The notes beneath the pieces are model-generated. The model saw only the letters and a program-made list of their open reading frames with translations, was not told the DNA's origin and made no database searches. Shown here piece by piece: positions 56,313 to 64,000 of a stretch of DNA of 64,000 bases. Where the stretch lies: contig OZ024753.1 of NCBI GenBank assembly GCA_964016885.1, positions 20,150,001 through 20,214,000 of the forward strand, read 5' to 3'. Source of the DNA: Eledone cirrhosa (Eukaryota). Within the stretch, counting starts at the first letter, position 1, and every line of letters starts with the position of its first letter. Position numbers and translations under genes: made by a program.

Positions 56313-59300
56313 TAATATATTACTGAGTAAGATGAACAGCTTATGGACTGGACTTGATCTTTGATGTCATATATTACTGAGTAAGTAGGAACAGCTTATG
56401 AACTGGACTTGATCTTTGATGTCATATATTACTGAGTAAGTTGAACAGCTTATGGACTAGACTTGATCTTTGATGTCATATATTACTGAGTAAGTTGAAC
56501 AGCTTATGTAGTGCACTTGATATTTGATGTCATATATTACTGAGTAGGAAGAACATCTTATGGACTGGACTTGATCTTTGATGTCATATATTTCTGAGTA
56601 AGTAGGAACAGCTTATGGACTGGACTTGATCTTTGTTGTCATATATTACTGAGTAAGTAGGAACAGCTTATGTAGTGCACTTGATATTTGATGTCATATA
56701 TTACTGAGTAGGAAGAACATCTTATGGACTGGACTTGATGGTGATGACATATTTTACTGAGTAAGTAGGAACAGCTTATGAACTGGACTTGATATTTGAT
56801 GTCATATATTACTGAGTAAGTTGAACAGCTTATGGACTAGACTTGATCTTTGATGTCATATATTACTGAGTAAGTAGGAACAGCTTATGAACTGGACTTG
56901 ATCTGTGATGTCCTATATTACTGAATAAGATGAACAGCTGATGGACTGGACTTGATCTTTGATGTCATATATTTCTGAGTAAGTAGGAACAGCGTATGGA
57001 CTAGACTTGATCTTTGACGTCATATATTACTGAGTAAGTAGGAACAGCTTAAGAACTGGACTTGATCTTTGATGTCATATATTACTGAGTAGGAAGAACA
57101 TCTTATGGACTGGACTTCATCGGCGATGCCACATTTTACTGAGTAAGTAGGAACAGCTTATGAAGTGGACTTGAACTTTGATGTCATATATTACAGAGTA
57201 AGATGAATAGCTTATGGGCTGGAATTGATCTTTGATATCATATATTACTGAGTAAGATGAACAGCTGTTGGACCGGGCTTAACCTTTGATGTCATATTTT
57301 ACTAAGTAAGTAGGAACAGCTTATAGACTGGGCATGATCTTTGATGTCATATATTACTGAGTAAGTAGGAGCAGCTGATGGATTGGACTTGATCTTGGAT
57401 GCCATATATTACTGAGTATGTAGGAATAGCTTTTGAACTGGACTTGATCTTTGATGTCATATATTACTGAGTAAGATGAACAGCTTATGGGCAGGACTTG
57501 ATCTTTGATGTCCTATCTTACTGAGTAAGATGAAGAGCTTATGAACTGGACTTGATCTTTGATGCCATATATTACTGAGAAAGTCGGAACAGCTTATGAA
57601 CTGGACTTGATCTTTGAAGTCCTATATTACTGAGTAACATGAACAGCTTATGAACTGGACTTGATCTGTTGTGCCATATATTATTGAGTAGCTAGGAACA
57701 GCTGATAGACTCGACTTGATCTTTGATGTGATACATTACTGAGTAAGTAGGAACAGCTTATGGCCTGGAGTTGATCTATGATGTCATATATTCCTCAGTA
57801 AGTAGAAACAGCTTATATAGTGGACTTGATATTTGATGTCATATATGAATCATTAAGAAGTAACAGCTTAGGGACAGGACTTGATCTTTGATGTCCTATG
57901 TTACTGAGTAAGATGAACAGTTGATCGACTGACCTTGATCTTTGATGTCATATATTGCTGAGTAAGTAGGAACAGCTTATGCACTGAACTTGATCTTTGA
58001 TGGCATATATTACTGAGTAAGATGAACAGCTTATAGAGTGGTCTTGATATTCGATGTCATATATTACTGCGTACATGAAGAGCTGATGAACAGGACTTGA
58101 TATTTGATGTCATATATTACCGAGTAAGTAGCAACAGCTTATAGACTGGGCTTGATTTTTGATGTCATATATTACTAAGTAAGTAGCAACAGCTTATGTC
58201 TGGACTTGATCTTTGATATCCTATGTTACTGAGTAAGTAGGAACAGCTCACGGACAGGACTTCATCTTTGATGTCATATATTACTGAGTAAGATGAACAG
58301 CTGATGGTCTGACCTTGATCTTTGATCTCATATATTGCTGAGTAAGTAGGAACAGCTTATGAACTGGACATGATCTTTGATGTCGTATATTACTGAGTAA
58401 GATGAATAGCTGATGAACTGGACTTGATCTTTGATGCCATATATTACTGAGTAAGTAGCAACTGCTGATGGGTTGGTCTTAATCTTTGATTTCATATATG
58501 AACTGAGTAAGATGAACAGCTTATGAATTGGACTTGATCTTTGATGTCATATATTACTGAGTAAGATGAACAGCTTATGGAGTGGATTTGATTTTTGATG
58601 TCATATATTGCTGAGTAAGTAGGAACAGCGTATGAACTGGACTTAATAGTTGATGTCATATATTACTGAGTAAGTAGGAACAGCTGATGGAGTAGATTTG
58701 ATCTTTGATGTCATATATTACTGTGTAAGATGAACAGCTGATGGACTGGACTTGATCTTTGATATCATATATTACTGAGTAAGACGAACAACTGATGGAC
58801 TCGACTTGATCTTTGATGTGATACATTACTGAGTAAGATGAAAGGTTTATGGACTGGACTTGATCTTTGATGTCACATATTGCTGAGTAAGTAGGAATAC
58901 CTTATGCACTGGACTTGATCTTTGATGTCATATATTACTGAGTAAATTGAACAGCTTATGAATTGGACTTGAACTTTGATGTGATATATTACTGAGTAAG
59001 ATGAACAGCTTATGGAGTGGACTTGAGCTTTGATGTCATATGTTACTGTGTACATGAACAGCTAATGAACAGGACTTGATCGTTGATGTCATATATTACT
59101 GAGTAAGTAGGAACAGCTTATAGACTGGTCTTGATCTTTGATGTCATATATTACTGAGTAAGTAGGAGTAGCTGATGGACTGAACTTGAGTAAGTAGGAA
59201 CAGCTTATGCAGTAGACTTGATCTTTGATGTCATGTATTACTGAATAAGATAAACAGCTTATGGACTGGACTTGATTTTTGATGTCATATATTACTGAGT

Positions 59301-62300
59301 ACTTTGAACAGCTTATGGACTGGACTTGATATTTGATGTAATATATTACTGTGTAAGCTGAACAGCATATGGATTGGACTTGATCTTTGATGTCACATAT
59401 TACTGAGTAATTAGGAACAGCTTATGAACTGGACTTGATCTTTGATGTTATATATTACTGTGTAAGTTGAACTGCTTATAGACTAGACTTGATCTTTGAT
59501 GTCATATATTGCTGATTAAGTATGAATAGCTTATGAACTGGACTTCATCTTTGATGTCATATATTACTGGGTAAGTTGAACTACTTATCCTGTAGACTTG
59601 ATCTTTGATGTCATATATTACTGAGTAAGTAGCAACAGCTTATGGGCTGGACTTGATCTTTGATGTCCTATATTACTGTGTAAGATTAACAGCTTATGGA
59701 CAGGACTTGATCTTTGATGTCACATATTACTCAGTACGTAGGAACAGCATATGAACGGGACTTGATCTTTGATGTCATATATTACTGGGTAAGTTGAACA
59801 GCTTATGGACCTGACTTGATCTTTGATGTCATATATTACTGAGTAAGACGAACAGCTTATGGAGTGGACTTGAACTTTGATGTCATATGTTACTGTATAC
59901 ATGAACAGCTGATGAACAGGACTTGATCTTTGATGTCATATATTACTGAGTAAGTAGGAACAGCTTATAGACTGGGCTTGATCTTTGATGTCATATATTA
60001 CTGAGTAAGTAGGAGCAGCTGATGGATTGGACTTGATCTTGGATGCCATATATTGCTGAGTATGTAGGAATAGCTTTTGAACTGGACTTGATCTGTGATG
60101 TTATATATTACTGAGTAACATGAACAGCTGATGGACTGGACTTGATCTTTGATGTCATATATTACTGAGTAAGATGAACAGCTTATGGGAAGGACTTGAG
60201 CTTTGATGTCCTATATTACTGATTAAGATGAAGAGCGTATGAACTGGACTTGATCTTTGATGCCATATATTACTGAGAGAGTAGGAACAGCTTATGAACT
60301 GGACTTGATCTTTGAAGTCCTATATTACTGAGTAACATGAACTGCTTATGAACTGGACTTGATCTATGATGTCATATATTCCTCAGTAAGAAGAAACAGC
60401 TTATGTAGTGGACTTGATCTTTGATTTCATATATGAATCAGTAAGAAGTAACAGCTTAGGGACTGGACTTGATCTTTGATGTTCTATATTACAGAGTAAG
60501 ATGAAAGGTTTATGGACTGGACTTGATCTTTGATGCCATATGTTACTGAGTAAGATGAACAGCTTATAGAGTGGGCTTGATATTCGATGTCATATATTAC
60601 TGCATACATGAACAGCTGATGAACATGACCTTTCTTTTATGTCATATATTACCGAGTAAGTAGGAACAGCTTATAGACTGGGCTTGATCATGGATGTCAT
60701 ATATTACTGCGTAAGATGAACAGCTTATGAATTGGACTTGATCTTTGATGTCCTATGTTACTGAGTAAGATGAACAATTGATCGACTGACCTTGATCTTT
60801 GATGTCATATATTGCTGATTAAGTAGGAACAGCTTATGCACTGGACTTGATCTTTGATGCCATATATTACTGAGTAAGATGAACAGCTTATAGGGTGGGC
60901 TTGATATTCGATGTCATATATTACTGCGTACATGTACAGCTGATGAACAGGGCTTGATCTTAATGTCATATATTTCTGAGTAAGTAGGAACCGTTTATGG
61001 ACTGGTCTTGATCTTTGATGTCATAAACTTCTGAGTAAGTAGGAACATCTTATGGACTGCACTTGATATTTGATGTAATATATTACTGTGTAAGATGAAC
61101 AACATATGGACTGGACTTGATCTTTGATGTTACATATTACTGAGTAAGTAGGAACAGCTTATGAACTGGACTTGATTTTTGATGTCATATATTACTGAGT
61201 ATGTAGGAACAGCTTATAGACTGGGCTTGATCTTTGATGTCATATATTACTGAGTAAGTAGGAACAGGTGATGGATTGGACTTGATCTTGGATGTCATAT
61301 ATTGCTGAGTAAGTAGGAACAGCTTATGGACTGGACTTGATCTTTGATGTCATATTACTCAGTAATATATGACATCAAAGATCAAGTCCTGTTCATCAGC
61401 TGTTCATGTACACAGTAACATATGACATCAAAGTTCAAGTCCACTCCATAAGCTGTTCATCTTACTCAGTAATATATGACATCAAAGATCAAGTCAGGTC
61501 CATAAGCTGTTCAACTTACCCAGTAATATATGACATCAAAGATCAAGTCCCGTTCATATGCTGTTCCTACGTACTGAGTAATATGTGACATCAAAGATCA
61601 ACTCCTGTCCATAAGCTGTTAATCTTACACAGTAATATAGGACATCAAAGATCAAGTCCAGCCCATAAGCTGTTGCTACTTACTCAGTAATATATGACAT
61701 CAAAGATCAAGTCTACACGATAAGCAGTTCAACTTACCCAGTAATATATGACATCAAAGATGAAGTCCAGTTCATAAGCTATTCCTACTTAATCAGCAAT
61801 ATATGACATCAAAGATCAAGTCTCGTCCTTAAGCAGTTCAACTTACCCAGTAATATATGACATCAAAGATCAAGTCCAGTTCAGTAGCTGTTCCTAATTA
61901 CTCAGTAATATGTGACATCAAAGATCAAGTCCAGTCCATATGCTGTTCAGCTTACACAGTAATATATTACATCAAAGATCAAGTCCAGTCCATAAGCTGT
62001 TCAAAGTACTCAGTAATATATGACATCAAAAATCAAGTCAAGTCCATAAGCTGTCCATCTTATTCAGTAATACATGACATCAAAGATCAAGTCTACTGCA
62101 TAAGCTGTTCCTACTTACTCAAGTTCAGTCCATCAGCTACTCCTACTTACTCAGTAATATATGACATCAAAGATCAAGACCAGTCTATAAGCTGTTCCTA
62201 CTTACTCAGTAATATATGACATCAACGATCAAGTCCTGTTCATCATCTTCATGTACACAGTAACATATAATATCAAAGCTCAAGTCCACTCCATAAGCTG

Positions 62301-64000
62301 TTCATCTTACTCAGTAATATATCACATCAAAGTTCAAGTCCAATTCATAAGCTGTTCAATTTACTCAGTAATATATGACATCAAAGATCAAGTCCAGTGC
62401 AGGAACAGCTTATGAACTGAACTTGATCTTTGATGTCATATATTACTGAGTAAGTAGGAACAGCTTATAGACTAGGCTTGATCTTTGATGTCATATATTA
62501 CTGAGTAAGTAGGAACAGGTGATGGATTGGACTTGATCTTGGATGTCATATATTACTGAGTAAGATGAACAGCGTATAGAGTGGACATGACTTTTGATGT
62601 CATATATTGCTGAGTAAGTAGGAACAGCTTATGAACCTTACTTGATCTTTGATGTCCTATATTACTGAGTAAGTTGAACAGCTGAAGGACTGTACTTGAT
62701 CTTTGATGTCATATATTGCTGAGTAAGTAGGAACAGCTTATGGACTTGACTTGATCTTTGATGTCATATATTACTGAGTAAGAAGGAACAGCTTATGGAG
62801 TGGACTTGATCTTTGAGGTCATATATTACTGGGTATGTAGGAACAGCTTATGCAGTAGACTTGAACTTTCATGTCATATATTACTGAATACATAGGACCA
62901 GCTTATGATCTGGACTTGCTCTTTGATATCCTATATTTCTGAGTAAGATGAACAGCTGATGGACTGGACTTGACCTTTGATGTCATAGATTGCTGAGTAA
63001 GTAGGAAGAGCTTATGAACTGGACTTGATCTTTGATGTAATATATTACTGAGTAAGATGAACAGCTTATGGATTGGACTTGATCTTTGATGTAATATATT
63101 ACTGAATAAGATGAACATCTTATTAAGTGGACTTGATCTTTGATGTAATATATTACTGAGTAAGATGAATAGCTTACTGACTGGACTTGATCTTTGAGGC
63201 CATATATTCCTGAATAAGATGAACAGGTTATGGAGTGGACTTGATCTTTGATGTTATATAGTGCAGAGTAAGTAGGTACAGCTTATGAACTCGACTTGAT
63301 ATTTGATGATGTCATACATTACTGAGTAAAATGAACAGCGTATGGACTGGATTTGAACTTTGATGTCATATATTACTGAGTAAGATGAACAGCTTATGGA
63401 CTGGACTTGATCTTTTATGTCACATATTACTGAGTAAATAGGAACAGCATATGAACTGGACTTGATATGTGATGTCATATATTATTGAGTACGTTGAACA
63501 GCTAATGGACTGATCTTGATCTTTGAGGTCATATATTACTGATTAAGTAGGAACAGCTTATGGACTGGACTTGATCTTTGATGTCATATATTACTGAGTA
63601 AGATGAACATGTTATGGAGTGGACTTGATCTTTGATGTCATATAGTGCTGAATAAGTAGGAACAGCTCATGAACTCGACTTGATCTTTGATGTCATATAG
63701 TGCTGAGTAAGTAGGTACAGCTTATGAACTCGACTTAATATTTGATGTCATACATTACTGAGTAAGTAGGAACAGCTTATGGACTGGACGTGATCTTTGA
63801 TGTCATATATTACTGAGTAAGTAGGAACAGCTTATGGACTGAACGTGATCTTTGATGTCATATATTACTGCGTACATGAACAGCTGATGAAAAGGACTTG
63901 ATCTTTGATGTCATATATTACTGTGTAAGTAGGAACAGCATATAGACTGGGCTTCATCTTTGATGTCATATATTACTGAGTAAGTAGGAACAGCTGATTG
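56313..64000. repeat. 54/55-bp satellite array, runs off the window; inverted block at 61356-62400
   Basis: Monomer CATATATTACTGAGTAAG(AT|TAG)GAACAGCTTATGGACTGGACTTGATCTTTGATGT. Confidence 0.95.

Noticed and set aside
56313-64000. Satellite monomer as a ribozyme-bearing repeat (occasional CTGATGA)
   Set aside because: CTGATGA is a minority variant of CTTATGG/A, and there is no GAAA or helix set.

Overview
Repeat-saturated, AT-rich animal genomic DNA with no recognisable host protein-coding gene. The tRNA-derived SINEs and microsatellite load suggest an octopus or other cephalopod (inference). Positions 1-50 kb are a nest of Penelope-like elements (PLEs) from at least three lineages (RT and GIY-YIG fragments) and short non-coding elements, nearly all inserted in (TA)n tracts, plus RTE-type LINE ends and SINEs. 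Reading by eye I find about 27 type I hammerhead ribozyme (HHR) motifs in about 10 sequence families. Two families sit in ORF-less tandem units (591 bp and about 421 bp) that look like non-autonomous, PLE-mobilised, retrozyme-like elements able to yield unit-length or circular RNA. Two families carry a compensated U3-A8 core instead of C3-G8, and six show a pyrimidine mismatch at the base of helix II. Many insertions have a 5' fold-back (inverted repeat arms of 25 bp to 1.3 kb). The last 18 kb is mostly tandem repeat: 30-bp, 5-bp and 35-bp arrays and a 54/55-bp satellite with an inverted duplication. Most ORFs in the supplied track are microsatellite artefacts. Coordinates were counted manually and may be off by a few bases; no ribozyme activity was tested.
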